DNA of 64,000 bases from Lama guanicoe (lineage: Eukaryota): assembly GCA_013239625.1 (NCBI GenBank), contig MU055928.1:20650878-20714877 (forward strand), written 5' to 3'. The notes beneath the pieces are model-generated. The model was not told the DNA's origin and did not search any database. It worked only from the letters and a program-made list of their open reading frames with translations. The position numbers and the translations under genes are program-made. Below, piece after piece: positions 1-13,272 of the stretch. Position 1 is the stretch's first letter. Each line of letters starts with the position of its first letter.

Positions 1-65
1 TTGTTTTAACACAACAAATCCACTAGAATTCTACGTAGTCTGTTAAGTATCAACAGATAATTGGT

Positions 66-892
66 TGGTGTGAGGTGATACCTCATTGTAGTTTTGATTT
101 GCATTTCTCTGATAATTAGTGATATTAAGCCATCATTCAAAAGTCCACAAATGACAAATGCTGGAGAGGCTGTGGAGAAAGGGGAACCCTCCTACACTGC
201 TGGTGGGAATGCAGTTTGGTGCAGCCACTGTGGAAAACAGTGTGGAGATTCCTCAAAACACTAGGAATAGACTTACCATATGACCCAGGAATCCCACTCC
301 TGGGCATATGTCCAGAAGGAATCCTACCTTAAAAAGACACCTGCACCCCAATGTTCATAGCAGCACTATTTACACTAGCCAACACATGGAAACAGCCTAA
401 ATGTCCATCAACAGATGACTGGATAAAGATGTGGTATATTTATACAATGGAATATTATTCAGCCACAAAACCCAACAACATAACACCAACTGCAGCAATA
501 TGGATGTTCTTGGAGAATGTCATTCTAAGTGAAGTAAGCCAGAAAGAGAATTAAAATAACATATGCGATCGCTCATATGTGGAATCTAAAGAAAAAAAAC
601 ATAAATACAAAACAGAAACAGACTCATAGACATAGAATACAAACTTGTGGTTGCCAAGGGGGAAGGGGGTGGGAAGAGACAGACTGGGATTTCAAAATGT
701 AGAATAGATAAACAAGATTATACTGTATAGCACAGGGAAATATGTATAAGACCTTATGGTAGCTCACAGCAAAAAAAAAAATGTGACAATGAATATATGT
801 ATGTTCATGTATAACTGAAAAATTGTCCTCTATACTGGAATTTGACACAACATTGTAAAATGACTATAACTCAATTAAAAAAGTTTTAAAAA
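66..892 (+). mobile_element. 5'-truncated L1 (end of ORF2 + 3'UTR + A-tail) with 5' inversion (66-130 inverted)
   Basis: ORF 351-554 (MFIAALFTLANTWKQPKCPSTDDWIK) is the L1 ORF2p C-terminus. 66-130 is the reverse complement of the L1 sequence that normally precedes 131. TSD AACAGATAATTGGT (52-65) / AACAGATAACTGGT (893-906). Confidence 0.92.
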
Positions 893-1063
893 AACAGATA
901 ACTGGTATACAGGTAATGAACAAATGTATGTCAATAAATTTAAATATTTGGATGAGATGTGTAAATTACTAGAAAAACACCATTTATCAAAGAGATTTAA
1001 GAAAAGATAAAATACATAAAAGTCCTATATCTATTAAATAAATTGAATTAATTAAAACGTCCT

Positions 1064-1237
1064 GGGGGTGGGGGAGCAACTATAGCTCAGTACTAAGAGC
1101 ACGTGCTTAGCATGTACAAGATCACGGATTCAATCTCCAATACCTCCATTAAAAAATTTAAAATTAAAAAAAATAAAAAGAGATATGCTTTAAAAAACTG
1201 AAAATGTCTAAATCATAAAAACGTTTTAATAAATAAA
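1064..1237 (+). mobile_element. tRNA-derived SINE, Vic-1-like (camelid)
   Basis: G-run head, tRNA-like TATAGCTCAGT...GAGCACGTGCTTAGCATG...GGATTCAATCTCC, A-rich tail. TSD TAAAACGTCCT (1053-1063) / TAAAACATCCT (1238-1248). Confidence 0.82.
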
Positions 1238-1980
1238 TAAAACATCCTCCCCGAAAGAGACTTAACCAAAAATTTCCTCAAAAAAGAAAAATTTACTCAA
1301 ATTTTATCAGTCATTTAAGACATAGCACCAATCTAACATTATACCCCCAGGTTGGATAGAATAGCTTTATCAGACTAACCCTCCTGCCAAGAACAACTAT
1401 AAAAGCTAAATAAAATATACAATGCAAGTACCTGAAGATATCTGAGATCTACTAGTATACTAAAAAGAAAGGAAGGAGAGAGATACACTTTAAAATGAGC
1501 CCCGCACATGCCATTCCTTTTTTTCTCAGGGATTTGTTGATTTAGGGATCGAGGAACAAAAGCCTTGCACTAAGTAGTACCCAGGGCTTAAAGAGCCTTA
1601 GTGCCCTCAGGACTTGGCAATGACTCTGGAGTACTGCAGTTGAGAGCTACAAGACAGAAGTGGCAGGCATTCTCTCAGATTAAAAGCAAATTAGGAAAAG
1701 GTCAGGGCCTAATAAAGTCTAAATACTCATCTGACTAGATTGAAATGATCTGTCTAGAGTCCATCAGCCTTCAAGAAGAAAATCAAATCCTCTTTGAAAG
1801 GAAGTAAAATAATAAAGAGCCTCTATAATTTTGTATGCACAATGTTCGGTATTTGATCAAAAATCACTAGTCATGTCAAGAAAGCACACACAATAACTGC
1901 AAATCAGGAGAAAAAATAAGCATTACAAAGAGACCTCAAGAGAATCATATATTAGAATTATCAGACTTGGAAAGGGCTAT

Positions 1981-2150
1981 TAGATAAACAACAGGGTCCC
2001 ATGGTATAGCACAGTGAACTATATTCAATGTCTTGTAATAACCTGTTATGAAAAAGAATATGTGTATATATATATATGTATGTGACAAATCAGCACATTG
2101 TACACAAGAAACTAATACAACATTGTTAACTATACTTCAGTTTTAAAAAG
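1981..2150 (+). mobile_element. Short L1 3' end fragment (artiodactyl type)
   Basis: TAGATAAACAACAGGGTCC...GTATAGCACAGTGAACTATATTCAA...AACATTGTTAACTATACTTC parallels the 3' end of the L1 at 59910-60060. Confidence 0.8.
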
Positions 2151-3160
2151 ACATTATAGATATATGCAAAAAATTCAGGAAATGATGCAGATTTTCATCA
2201 CAACACAGAATACTATTAAAAGTATTAAATTGATATTATAAAACTGGAAGGAAAAGACCGGTATTAAATTTTAAATGAACAGACTTAATACCACATTAGT
2301 TACATTAGAGACATATCAGTAGAAAATGTGTAGAATGAACCACAGAAAAGAAAAGAGGCTGGAAATTTAGAGAAGAGAAGAATACATATATGGGAGATGG
2401 TAAATAGAATTTTATTTCATTGGAGTCACAGAAGGAAAGGAAAAAAAAATGAGGCAAAGCTTTATTTGAAGAAAAAAAAACATGGCAGAGAATTTCCCAA
2501 ATGTAAAAATAAACATCACACCAGAGATTAAAGATAGCTGCAAGCACCATGAAAATATCCGCAAAGAAGCACCCACCTAGAGGTATATAGCAAAAGTGCT
2601 GAAAACTAAAGAGAAATTTTTAAAACCTGTAAAAACAGACAGACCAAAAACATCAACAATAATAACAGCAACCAATTTTTCAATATAAACAATAGAAATC
2701 AGAATATAACATAGGAACATCATTAAAGTGCTGTAAGAAAATAATTGCCAAGTGGGAATTTATACCCGCCAACAGTCAGAAACAAACTTAGCATAAAGAT
2801 ATTTTTAGACAAAAATAAACTGCAAGAGGTTGTTATCAGCAGTCCTGCAATAAAGAATTCTTTAGATTAAAAACAAAATACCCTAGAAAAAAAGTATAAT
2901 CATATGGGAAGGATTGAAGAATACCAGAAAGAATAAATAATTGAAGAACTCTAAAGAAACATTGACTGTTTAAAATTATAATAGCAATGGCACATGGGGA
3001 TAAACTATTGAAATAATTAAATTTTATGAAACAGCATTTTATAAGGTGGGAACGGTGAAATCGAGTTAAAGTGTTGTAATAGTCTTACGTTGTCTGGGAA
3101 ATAGACATAGTATTAATTGAAAGTAAATGGCCATGAGAATGACTGTTGAAATCCTCAGTG

Positions 3161-3360
3161 CAGCACTTCTGACTAGAACTTGCTATAATAACTGACATGT
3201 TCCATAACCTGTGTGTCCTACACGATAGCCTTAAGCCACATATGGCTATTGATCACATAAAATGTGGCTAGTGAGATGGAGAAATTGAATTTTAAATTTC
3301 ATTTAATTTAAATTTAAATAGCCATATGTGGCTAGTAGTTACTGTATCGAACTACGCAGC
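3161..3360. mobile_element. MER3-like non-autonomous hAT-Charlie DNA transposon
   Basis: Characteristic AGCCACATATGGCTATTGA...AAATGTGGCTAGTG...AAATTTAAATAGCCATATGTGGCTAGT internal palindromes. Confidence 0.82.
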
Positions 3361-5965
3361 TCTTGAAAAATCCCTTAAAAATAAAAGAATATACAATGAA
3401 CAAACTAATGGAGGGGGGAAATAAGAATTCTTTTAAACATGCTTTATATAAAATGAGACAAGAAAGGAGAAAAATAACAAAGAACAAATAAAACATCATC
3501 AACAACAAAAGAACAAGTAATAAAGTAGTAGATTTAAACTCAAATAGGTAAGAAATTACATTAAATGGAAATGGAGGGAATACACCCATGAAAAGGGTGT
3601 AACTGTTAGACCAATAAATAAAAAATAAATATTTTGCTTCTAAGAGGTATACCTTAAATATAAAATTACAGAAATTATGAAAGTAAAAAATATAAAAATA
3701 TATACCATATACACACTAACAACAACCAAAAAAACTATAAAATATTAGGAAAAGATTTTAGGGCAAAGAGTATTACTGAGATTAAAGGAGAAATTTTAAA
3801 ATAAAAGTCACTTCAACAGAAAGATATAAAATCCCAAATCTCCATACACCTAACATCATGGCCTTCAAACCCATGAAGCAAAAACTAACATAATTATAAA
3901 GAGAAACAGACAAAAATACAAAAATATGTGATAGTACCTAATAGAACAAGGAGTTATAGAAGCTTTGAATAAGATTAACCAAATTGACTCATGTAGACAG
4001 TAACTATAGAAATACATATTCTTTTCAAGTGCACATATTTACCAAAATCCCAATCAAAATACCATCAGGCGTGTGTGTATGTGTATGTGAAAATTGACAA
4101 ATAGATTCTAAACTATATATGGAAATTAAAACAGTCAAAAAAAGTCCAGGATATTCTTGAAGATGAGCAAATTGAAGACATATACTTCCAGAAATAAAGA
4201 CTTAATACAAAGCTACATAAATTAAAAGAGCTAGATATTTGCAAAAAAAAAAATTTAAGTAACCATTAGAATAAAGGAGTCTAGAAACAGGAACAAATTA
4301 ATATTACTTGAATTATAAGAAAAACTCTACTACAGTGCATTGCATGAAAAAGAATACTGACCCCTACTTCACATCACACATAAAAATAGAATCCAAGAGG
4401 TTTATAAATGTTTCTCAGGAAAAATCTTTATCACCACTGGATAAGGAAAAATTTTTTAAGCAGAACATGAATATTTCAAAAGTTAAATTTATTAGGACAA
4501 AAATGGATTAACTGGACTTCCTTAAAATTAAAACTTGTTTATCAAAACCACCATTAAGAGTGTAAAGAGGTGAGCCTCAGAGTAGGATAAAATATTTTTA
4601 ACACCTATATAAGACAAGAGCTCTTTCCTAGAGTCTATGAAGAGTCTACAAATCAGTAAGAGAATGAGACAATGTAACAGTGGGCAAAAGACTTATACAG
4701 GCATTTCATAAGAGTGAACATTATATGGCTAATAAACATGTAAACAGAGAAACAAAATTGAAAACTCTGAATGGTTAAAATGTACCTGTAGATACCCTAT
4801 GACCTAGCAATTCAGCTATTCCATCTGTACACTGATGGAAAGTGAATACGTATGTGCAAGAACAGTCACAGCAGCACTACTCCCAACAATCAAAATCTGA
4901 AAAGAAGAACCATATCTATTGACAAGAGGATTGATCAATACATCGGGGATATCTGTATGATGGAATACTATTCCACAATAGGGATGAACAAACCATCATT
5001 ATATGCAATCAATGAAGGAATCTCATGTAAATCTATCTCATATTCTGGATATGGATGTGTTCATTTTTTGAAAAGTGCACAAACACAAGGTATAATTCAA
5101 TAAATGTTTACTTAAACACTTTACTCTGACTACTCTTTTGAGAACTGACTGTGGATGAGGCCAAGGGTAGGAGGATGAGGATGAAAAAGGAGGCTGTCGC
5201 AGTCTCCTAAGCACTGAATGGTTTTGGTTCCCCCATGGAGGAGTAGGGATAAGAAGTTCCCTTGTTACTGCATGTATGGTAAAAAAAAAAAAGGGAAAAG
5301 ATTTGCTGGTAGGTTAGATATGTTGTGAGAGAAATGAGCAATTCAAGAATAATTCCAAATATCTGACTCTGAGCACCAAGAAAAAATGAAGTAGCTATCA
5401 AATAAGATTAAAAGGTTTTAGGAGGATCAAGTTTTTAGGGATAAAATTAGGAACTCAATTTTCTAGTTGTTGGGTTTAGAATATCTACCAGACATCCAAG
5501 TAGAGCTGTGGGCTAAATCACCACATAGACAAATCTGGATTTCAGGGAGGAAATTGGGGCCTAAGATATAAACTTGGGAGTCATCAACATTCTAATGTTA
5601 TTTGGAACCATGAAATCAACCAGGAAGCGTGTGATGTTAGAGTGAAAAAAAAAAAAAGGACCAAAAATTGAGCTCTGGGACACTTCATCATTAAAAGAAA
5701 ATTGAGGAGAAGAGAAGAAACCAGCATAAAAGACAGAGAAAGACTAAGTAAGGAAGGAAGAAAGCCGCAGAACTAAAGTGTTCTCCAGTGAAATGAACAT
5801 ACAGAAAATGAAAGAGATAAGTGGATCAAGTAAGATGATATCTGACTAGTGAGTTAAGCAATACAGGGTTATTTATGGTGATGAGAATAATACTGATGGA
5901 GGGCTCGGAACAAAGGCTTAATTGGAGCAAATTTAAAAGCAAATGGTTAGATTAAGTATACATTT

Positions 5966-6040
5966 GTATATATATATACACATATATAATGTATATACAC
6001 ATGTATATGTGTGTGTGTGTGTATACACACATATACACAT
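5966..6040. repeat. (TA)n/(TG)n/(CA)n compound microsatellite
   Basis: TATATATATACACATATATA...GTGTGTGTGTGTATACACAC seen directly. Confidence 0.9.
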
Positions 6041-6044
6041 AACA

Positions 6045-6325
6045 AATGGAATGTTAAGCAAGAGAAAGCAGATGCAAAAGAGTACATGCTCTACAACTCC
6101 ATTTACAAAATACAAAAACCAAAATAACCAAACTAAGGTGTTAGAAGCTAGGAAACTTGACAGTTTCATTTTGGGAAGAAATGTTTTTGGAAGGGAGCAT
6201 AGAGGAAGCCTCTGGGGTGCTGGTAATGTTATGTTCTGGGTGCTGTTTTCATGAATGTGTTCAACTTGTGAAAAGTAATCAAGTGTATACTTGCAATATG
6301 TGCATTTTTCTGTTTTAAAAGCAAA
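6045..6325 (+). mobile_element. Old L1 (L1ME-like) 3' end inserted in the L2
   Basis: AATGTTAAGCAAGAGAAAGCAGATGCAAAAGAGTACAT...CTCTGGGGTGCTGGTAATGTT...TGTGTTCAACTTGTGAAAA. Confidence 0.7.
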
Positions 6326-6819
6326 AAAGAAAGATGTGCACAAGAACTGGAGATGGAAATATAGAATACTTCTGAGAAACAAGCTGTGAATGGAAGCTAA
6401 GAAATGAGGTGGTAACTGATAGGGGAAGTGTAGTCCAGATTTGTTTTTGTTGTTTTCCTTTCTCTTCTGTTTGGTGGGAGAAAGACCATGTTTGTACATA
6501 ACTAGGACAAATGCAGTTAGGAAGAAAGAAACTGATCATGTAGGAGATGGAGAAAAGAAGTGGCTGGAGTGATGTCCTTGTGTAGGCAGGAGAGAATGGA
6601 ATTCAGTTCACAGGGGAGGGAGTGGTTTCAGATAAGAACACGGACAGTTCATCATTGGTCGTAAGTGAGAAGGCAGTGTGTGGATGATAGAGATGTTTAT
6701 AAAATTTTCCTTAAAGTGCTTCGATTTTCCCAGTGAAACAGAAAGCAATGTCAACAAGAGAGTATGATGCTAGTGAGGAGGTGATAAAGATGTGAAGAGA
6801 TATTCACAATTATCTCAAC

Positions 6820-7130
6820 AGGTTAACAAAATACTTCATTATTTTTCAACTACGTATCTGTGCAAACCTGAATTTTCTTCATAGGATTCAACAAATACAA
6901 CTTACTGCAAGAAATTGAATACAGAAGCAGATATGAAAACATTTTCTATTGAGATAGACTTGAAAGAGATTTGCAAGAAATGTGAAATGATGCCATTCTC
7001 ATTAATTTTTGTTTGTTTTGGGAAAAACCGTTGTTTTTCATACAAAATGTTAATCATACATACATGAAATAGAATTATTATTTCTAAGTGAACTAGTAAT
7101 AAACATTTAAATTTTTTTAAAAAGATGTAA
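6820..7130 (+). mobile_element. hAT-Charlie DNA transposon 3' remnant
   Basis: ATTGAATACAGAAGCAGATATGA...AAAGAGATTTGCAAGAAATGT...ATGCCA resembles the end of a Charlie transposase gene and its subterminal region. Confidence 0.55.
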
Positions 7131-7639
7131 ACAGATAGAGAAAAGTAATTTAAGACAAATGGTAGAGGGAAAAACAGAAATAAAGGAAGATTTGTCCAGC
7201 TGGATTTAAATCTCACTTTAGTGATCATTAATTTAAAAGCAAAATCAATCAACATGTTTTTTGTTTTTCTCCTACCATTCAGCTGCAGAGATGCAGGTAT
7301 TGAGCAGGTGGCGAATTAGAATTAAATTATGTGCTAGCTTTGCCTTGAAAGTGCAAACTCAGCTAAGATAAGAGAGGAGGGTCTATACATAGTAGTATTT
7401 ACAATGTTTAAGCTGTGGAAGTGAGGAGAAGAGGGCAGTGAAAAGTATCAGGATCAATGAACTGGAAGTCTCAAAGGGACAGAGAAATTCATTGGAATCA
7501 GTGTATTAATTACACATTATAAGTATACACAGTACATGAAAATCAGTATCATCGTTTTATTAGTCAATGTTCATTATTCTTACTCACTATGCCTTTTTGC
7601 ATTTAAAACCAGTCTCTTCTTTCTACAACTATCTTTTCC

Positions 7640-8030
7640 AATTTTTTTTAAAAATGAGAGGCTATCGGTAGTAGACTTCTCAGTTCTTGTTTTTCTAAAA
7701 GTATCTTGATTTTGTTCTTATTCTTGAAAGCTATTTTTGCTGGAAATCTAAGTTGACAGTTCTTTTCTCTCAGCTCTTTGAAGATACTATTCTTCTGTCT
7801 TGTAGCTTCAGAGTTGCTAGAAGCATTCTTCAGTTGATAAATCATTCTTCACTCTAATTGCTACTCTTTTGTAAGTGAGTTCTCCTTCCTCCCTGGCATT
7901 TTTAAAATAATCTTCTCTTCTTCTTTGTTCTATAAATTTACTAGGATATATGTAAGCTGGATTTGTTTTTATTTATTTTACATTGGATTTGTTGATCATC
8001 CTAAATATGAAGATTGTTGTTTTTCAGATA
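7640..8030 (-). mobile_element. Old L1 ORF1 C-terminal remnant
   Basis: ORF 7648-7845 reads IFKELREKNCQLRFPAKIAFKNKNKIK..EKQELR, the typical L1 ORF1p CTD motif. Confidence 0.75.
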
Positions 8031-11000
8031 TATTCCCTGTGGATAAATTCCCCTCCAAACATGACTGACTGCTTTAAAAGGGGGGAGAGAGGAGACTCCA
8101 CAAGGAGCCTGAAGCAGCCTAGCTAATATTCCTAAGGCTCAAAAGCATTTCAGCCTAACTCACATCTGTTCCCATGGTTGCCAAAAATATCTCTATGTAT
8201 ATCACACATGTATAAGTTACCACGGAAAATCCCAGGTACAGTGGTGAATCATGGAATGTGAGATATGTTATATGTCATCCATCCTTCTGAGCCCCTGCCT
8301 TGCCTCAAGCTTTAGGATTAGTCAACTTTGGTCCTTTTCCTTGCAACATTCAGGTGGGTTCATTAAACCCAGAAAGAATCAACTGTATTTCTGGTTAAGG
8401 TAAACAAGTTTCAGCCAAAAGAGTTAATGAGCTAGCCTTCTACCTTTTACAGTTTGAGCCTTTCTCTCAGTGGAATGAAATTTCTGCCACTAGTTAAAAG
8501 CATTTCAGTCATCAGCAAACAAGTGAGGAGAAATCTGGGGACTGGATGGGAGAAGTGAATTGTCTTGGTTTCTGAAGAAATTTCCTGAAGTCCCCTTGTG
8601 TAAATCGGGTATATCACTAACGATTACACGTAGAACTATGAGGTGATTCCTATTTAGTCTTTTTAAGGTAGACTTATAATGGGGAAGTGTACACGTGGCC
8701 CATGATATGTCATTTCTAATCATCACTAGCTTGCCAAAGAAAGCTAAGTAGGGGGATTGTCTAGCCATTCTTCCTGGATCCACATTACTGAAGAGTTATT
8801 AAGGATGGAGGAAGGCGTTTCTTGGTTTCTGTGAATTCAGAGGATCTGTGCTGCCCGAGGGCAGGTTCATCTGTCAGGATTCCTCTCTCCAGAAGCTGCC
8901 TTGAATCCCTGCCCCTTCTCTCATCTGTCCCTCACCCTAAGCCCTTTTTTCCTGCTTCTTACTTACTCTCAGGTAAGAATTTGTTGTACTTTATGACACA
9001 CACTTTTAGAAAATTGAGTTTAACAGATGCATTTCATTCCAATTGTCTGAGCTCTCCTGAGGTGAATATAAAAGCAAATGAAACATGGCCACTGCCACGC
9101 CTGTTTCTCACATAATTTCTGGTTTTGCTAATGAAGTGTCTGACAAAGTAGATTTTAATTTTAATTAATAGCTGTGGAATTTTCTTCTATTACTACAGCT
9201 AGACAAGTACCACATGATTCATCTTCTGTAAAAAAAGGCCAAAATTCAGTAAATAGGCCATCAACTCAACTGTTAGTGTGCAGGTATTGAGAATAACGGT
9301 TAAGTGGAAAAAATTCTCTTTAAAGCTGTAGAATTTGAGGAAAGCTGTTTAATTCTTTTAGTTTTCTCATAATGTCATGATAATATATACCTCACATTGC
9401 TGTGGTAAACATTCAGTAAGTCAATGAATAAAACCTTATCACAATACTTAGCAAAGAAAAAGTATTCATTAATTGTTAGCTAATTTTTTATTTCTAAAAC
9501 GACAAATTTTAACTAAAGGTTCCAGTCAGGCTAAGCTATTTGGCAATAACGAATAGTAAATGCCTTTGATTTATTCAAAGGAAAAACTCTAGAAGTTCGG
9601 ACTAATTTTTTAAGCACATTTTAATTGAGGTTCATAAAAAGATCTGTCTATTTAAGATGACTCTCAGAGTACACACTAGAAGCTAAACTTTTTTAACAAA
9701 ACATAATTTTGTTTGTCACTATTCTAATTTGGAAAGAAATAAATAAATAATAATACTAATCAGCAACACATGCGATAGTAATTATCAGGAACAGAGTGTA
9801 ATTCCTTAAATGTTCTTTTGAAATGGTACACATTATATCTGAACTGTGTATGTTCATATCAAGGATGAATATATTTTCCAGCTATGATTCCAAAATACTG
9901 CACTGCACATTCTACAATAAGAAAATTCTGCTGAACATTTTCCAATAACCTTATGGGCAACATGGAATGTTGTATCCTGAGAAAGTAGAAAACTTCTCAT
10001 GAGAATGTTTGAAATGTCACTCCGGTTCAGTTTAGATCAGAGTGCAGGTGGCTCTACAAAGCGGTTGCTGGAGGCTCTGTGTTTATACAGTTGTTGCTTC
10101 CAGGATGGTATTGATTGGTTAGGCAACTAATAAAACAAGCAGCCTTGCTTTCATCTCTGTGCATTTGGGGGCTTCTAAAAGATAGAGAAGTGGTTTTAAT
10201 TAGGATGTGTTCCCTTCACTTATTTTACTTTTTAATTCTTTTTTCTTACTTGACCGTTCCAATCCACATCTTTCTCCCCGCTCATGAGTCCAAAGCCCCA
10301 GATGCCTTCGAAGGCAAACAATCCTGAGGAAGAGATTCTTCCTGGATCCTTCAGACAGAAACCCTTAACATCAGAAAACTCAACAGGACTGACTGTCCCT
10401 ATTTCATCAATTTCTATTCAGAGTTACTTATTTTATTTATAATCTAAGTCTGTAATATTGCTCAAAGCTTCTTAGTTGGAAATAGAACTAAAGTTTATCA
10501 TGGAATTTATTTTAGAAATACCCCTAATATAAGATATTCTACAATTTATATGACAATCTGAATTCTTGAAAGCATGCTGTACACTTAAATCATTGTACGT
10601 GTGTGTATATATGTATCGATAGGTATGACATGTATATATGACACAGAATTTTAAAATTTATATAAATTTGTATTTTTAGAATATTTTTCTCTATACTCCA
10701 TGCACTCTCTTAATTTATATTTCCACATCTTTTCTCACACGTTTGTGGTATTGCTTTCTATCTCTATTTTCTATGTCCTTTCAAATAATCCAAAAAGATA
10801 ACTTTAATTTTGTAATGAATGTCCGAGGTAAATTAAACACAATATTCAAAATGCAGTTCAAAGACCATAAAAAGAACTGTTTGTCAGAGAGCTATGCAGA
10901 AGGGGCTGTGGGAAAAAAAAAGTGACTTGTTTTCCCAAGAAAACTTTAAAAAATAGGAACTAGGTGGCAAATATTAAAACCCAACCACATACATTAGCAT

Positions 11001-11352
11001 GTAAAATGGAATTAACGTATTTCTAGAGACGAACGTAAAATGTGAAAGTGCTAGTGTGATTCAAATAATGGTAAACAGCGAAGAAAATGAATTAACACAT
11101 GATCACCTTAACTTTTGGCTCAAATAAGACAGTTCTTCCATCTATAATTCATTTAAAGTGTTTCAAACATCTAAAGAAAAAGACAAGAAAAATTCATTTT
11201 GATAGACTAGGTTTTGAAATATGAAATCTTAGTATTGGAAACATTTTCATACTGAAAACATTTTCTTATAACGTGAATTAATTAGTTTGAATGAATGCTC
11301 TTGTAAAAGAAATGATCACACTTCTGAAGAAGGCAAGCAGTAGAGTATACCA

Positions 11353-11535
11353 CAGCGCTTCTGGCCGTCTGGTCCCCAGGCCAGCAGCAACGGCAGCCAA
11401 GGGAACTGGTTAGAAATGCAAATTCTCAGGCACTATTCCAGCCTACTGCGTCAGAAACTCTGGGGGTGGGACCTAGCAATGTGTGTTTTAACAGCTCTCC
11501 AGGTGATTTTGGTACACTCCAGTTTGAGAAGCACT
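11353..11535. mobile_element. MER5A-like hAT-Charlie element
   Basis: GGTCCCCAGGCCAGCAGC...GTTAGAAATGCAAATTCTCAGGC...TGTGTTTTAACAGCTCTCCAGGTGATT...AGTTTGAGAAGCACT. Confidence 0.88.
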
Positions 11536-11539
11536 AGTA

Positions 11540-11780
11540 AACTGGTTAATACGGTTTACTTTGGAACTGATCGTTCTGATCTCAGATTTGCTACCAACTA
11601 GCCGAGTGACTTTCGTTAAATAGCTGTCATATATTTTTCTTCTGTTTATCTTTTATAAAATGATGCAAAGGGAGTATTATCTCATATTATTGTTGTGACA
11701 AATAAATGAATTAATATGTAGGGGGCACCTAGGCCATTTTCTGGATACAAAGACAACACTCAATAAAAGCTACCAGTTGT
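11540..11780 (+). mobile_element. MIR SINE fragment
   Basis: TTTGCTACCAACTAGCCGAGTGACTT...CTGTTTATCTTTTATAAAATG...TGTTGTGACAAATAAATGAATTAATATGTA MIR core pattern. Confidence 0.65.
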
Positions 11781-12329
11781 TAGTCTATATATTTGAAGCC
11801 AAGTTCCAGTGAAAGTAAATGACTCTCTGTCAAGATCATACAGGTAGGTCACTTAAAGAATAAACACCCCAGGTTTCTCTACTCATAGGCGCTGATTTTT
11901 TCACAGCTGGGAATTGTTAAAAGCCACCACATTTTTCTCTAAACGACCAAGCAGTAAAACCACATACACATACAGGGTTTTTACAATATATATGTCTTGG
12001 TCTGAATCTTCATTTCGCATTTTTAATGATATGCATTGAAAAGGCTATCAGCAACCTTTCAACAAAACAATTAAGAAATAATAAGCTTTTCACTCTTTCT
12101 AAGAAAGTGATAACCATAAATTACTGTTATTTTATAATCAGAAAAAGGAATGTGTGCCAAAAATTATGGAAAGGTTAGTGGTAGGAAGATAGTAAGATCC
12201 ACATCTACTATAATAGCAAATAAAAACATGTATCTTCCAAGTTACATCAACAGAAAGAGAGTTAAGTTCCCCTAACAAAAGAAGTTATGCAATTTGGGGA
12301 AGAAAGCAAGGAAACAATAAAAATAAGTA

Positions 12330-12700
12330 TACATTAATATGATGCTAGCTACTTTAACAAATAAATGTAAAACGGTACAGTAGCAAACACAACAGGAAGT
12401 GTATTTCCAGTCATGTAATTACCCACTGCAGGAGTTCCTGGTCCTTGAGCAGATTTCCTCCTTGGCAACGAAGGCTTCTTCTATATTGTGACTCCACTAT
12501 CACCGGAGGACTTGTTGTAATCCTCACTCTGTTGGAAAAAGTGGAAAAAGAATATGGAGTGGGCACATCCACTTCTTAGAAGGCTTATCCTAGACATGGA
12601 CGCCCTCTGTCCTCTTATACACCCTCCACCAGAATGCAGTCATCCGGTCACACCTGACACAGGGAGATGGGGATTCAGGTCAGCTGTGCACTCACCACAA
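12330..12700 (-). mobile_element. MaLR (MLT1-like) LTR relic; boundaries approximate
   Basis: GCTAGCTACTTTAACAAATAA...AACACAACAGGAAGTGTATTTC...AGTCATCCGGTCACACCTGAC pattern typical of old MLT1. Confidence 0.5.
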
Positions 12701-13272
12701 CCAGCCATACCTCATTTACTTCCCTGATGCCAAACATACTGTCAGAAGGGTGATAGACAAATGATCAATTTAGACATTACAATTTGAATTTTGTGTTCCT
12801 TGTTGATGGAGTAGATCAGAATATCATGCTTAAGATACTTCATCCAGTAAAATGAGAAGAATATTGTAAGGATTAAATGAGAACGCATGCTATTTTATTT
12901 TAGCCTAGTATCTGCATAGTAAGGGGCCAACAAATTTTACATATGTCTATCTCAAAAAGAAAAAAAAATAGACAAGTTAAAAAAAAAAAGGAAATGGAAG
13001 TCAAAGAAATAGTGTCCAAGTTCAAGAACTTAAAGCAAAAACAATTTTGGAGATTTTAATATTTATTTGAATTTGTAAATCTTTTTAAGTATGTACTCAT
13101 ATGTTTTTCTTAAGTTACTTTGTGTCATTAAAGCTTATTGGCATTTTAACTAGAGAAAATTCCATTTCAACTTAATGCAGTTTCAATTTCTTTAGTTTAG
13201 AAGTTATATATGGATTCAGAGTCCATGAACCCATGACCAATAGTCCTGTTTCCCAATGAGTGCTGGTTTTTT

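Larger units (their letters stand above)
1330..5050 (+). mobile_element. Old, degraded L1 (L1M-type) ORF1/ORF2 remnants interrupted by younger inserts; boundaries approximate
   Basis: A-rich + strand with L1 ORF1-like (2550-2850) and ORF2-like segments (e.g. 4030-4400 'DPYFTSHIKI', 4680-5000 'MEYYSTI'), many frameshifts and stops. Confidence 0.7.
5150..6800 (-). mobile_element. L2 LINE fragment (interrupted at ~5960-6330); boundaries approximate
   Basis: Purine-rich + strand with L2 motifs GACATCCAAGTAGAG, GATATAAACTTGGGAGTCATCAAC, GAGCTCTGGGGACAC. Confidence 0.65.

Noticed and set aside
351..554. ORFs 351-554, 13586-13768, 13713-13970 and 59299-59607 as host genes
   Set aside because: They are L1 ORF2 C-terminal remnants (or their antisense) within TSD-flanked truncated L1 copies.
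1064..1150. tRNA-like sequences at ~1080, ~41800 and ~44730 as functional tRNA genes
   Set aside because: They have SINE tails (TSDs visible for two of them) and degenerate stems, so they are tRNA-derived SINEs.
5933..6499. Longest ORF in the track (188 aa, minus strand)
   Set aside because: It runs through a microsatellite, an L1 3' end and L2 sequence, with low-complexity translation and no recognisable domain.
8040..8970. Possible LTR or regulatory block (includes GTTCCCATGGTTGC X-box-like motif at 8168)
   Set aside because: I could not define termini, TSD or family by eye; a single degenerate motif is not enough.
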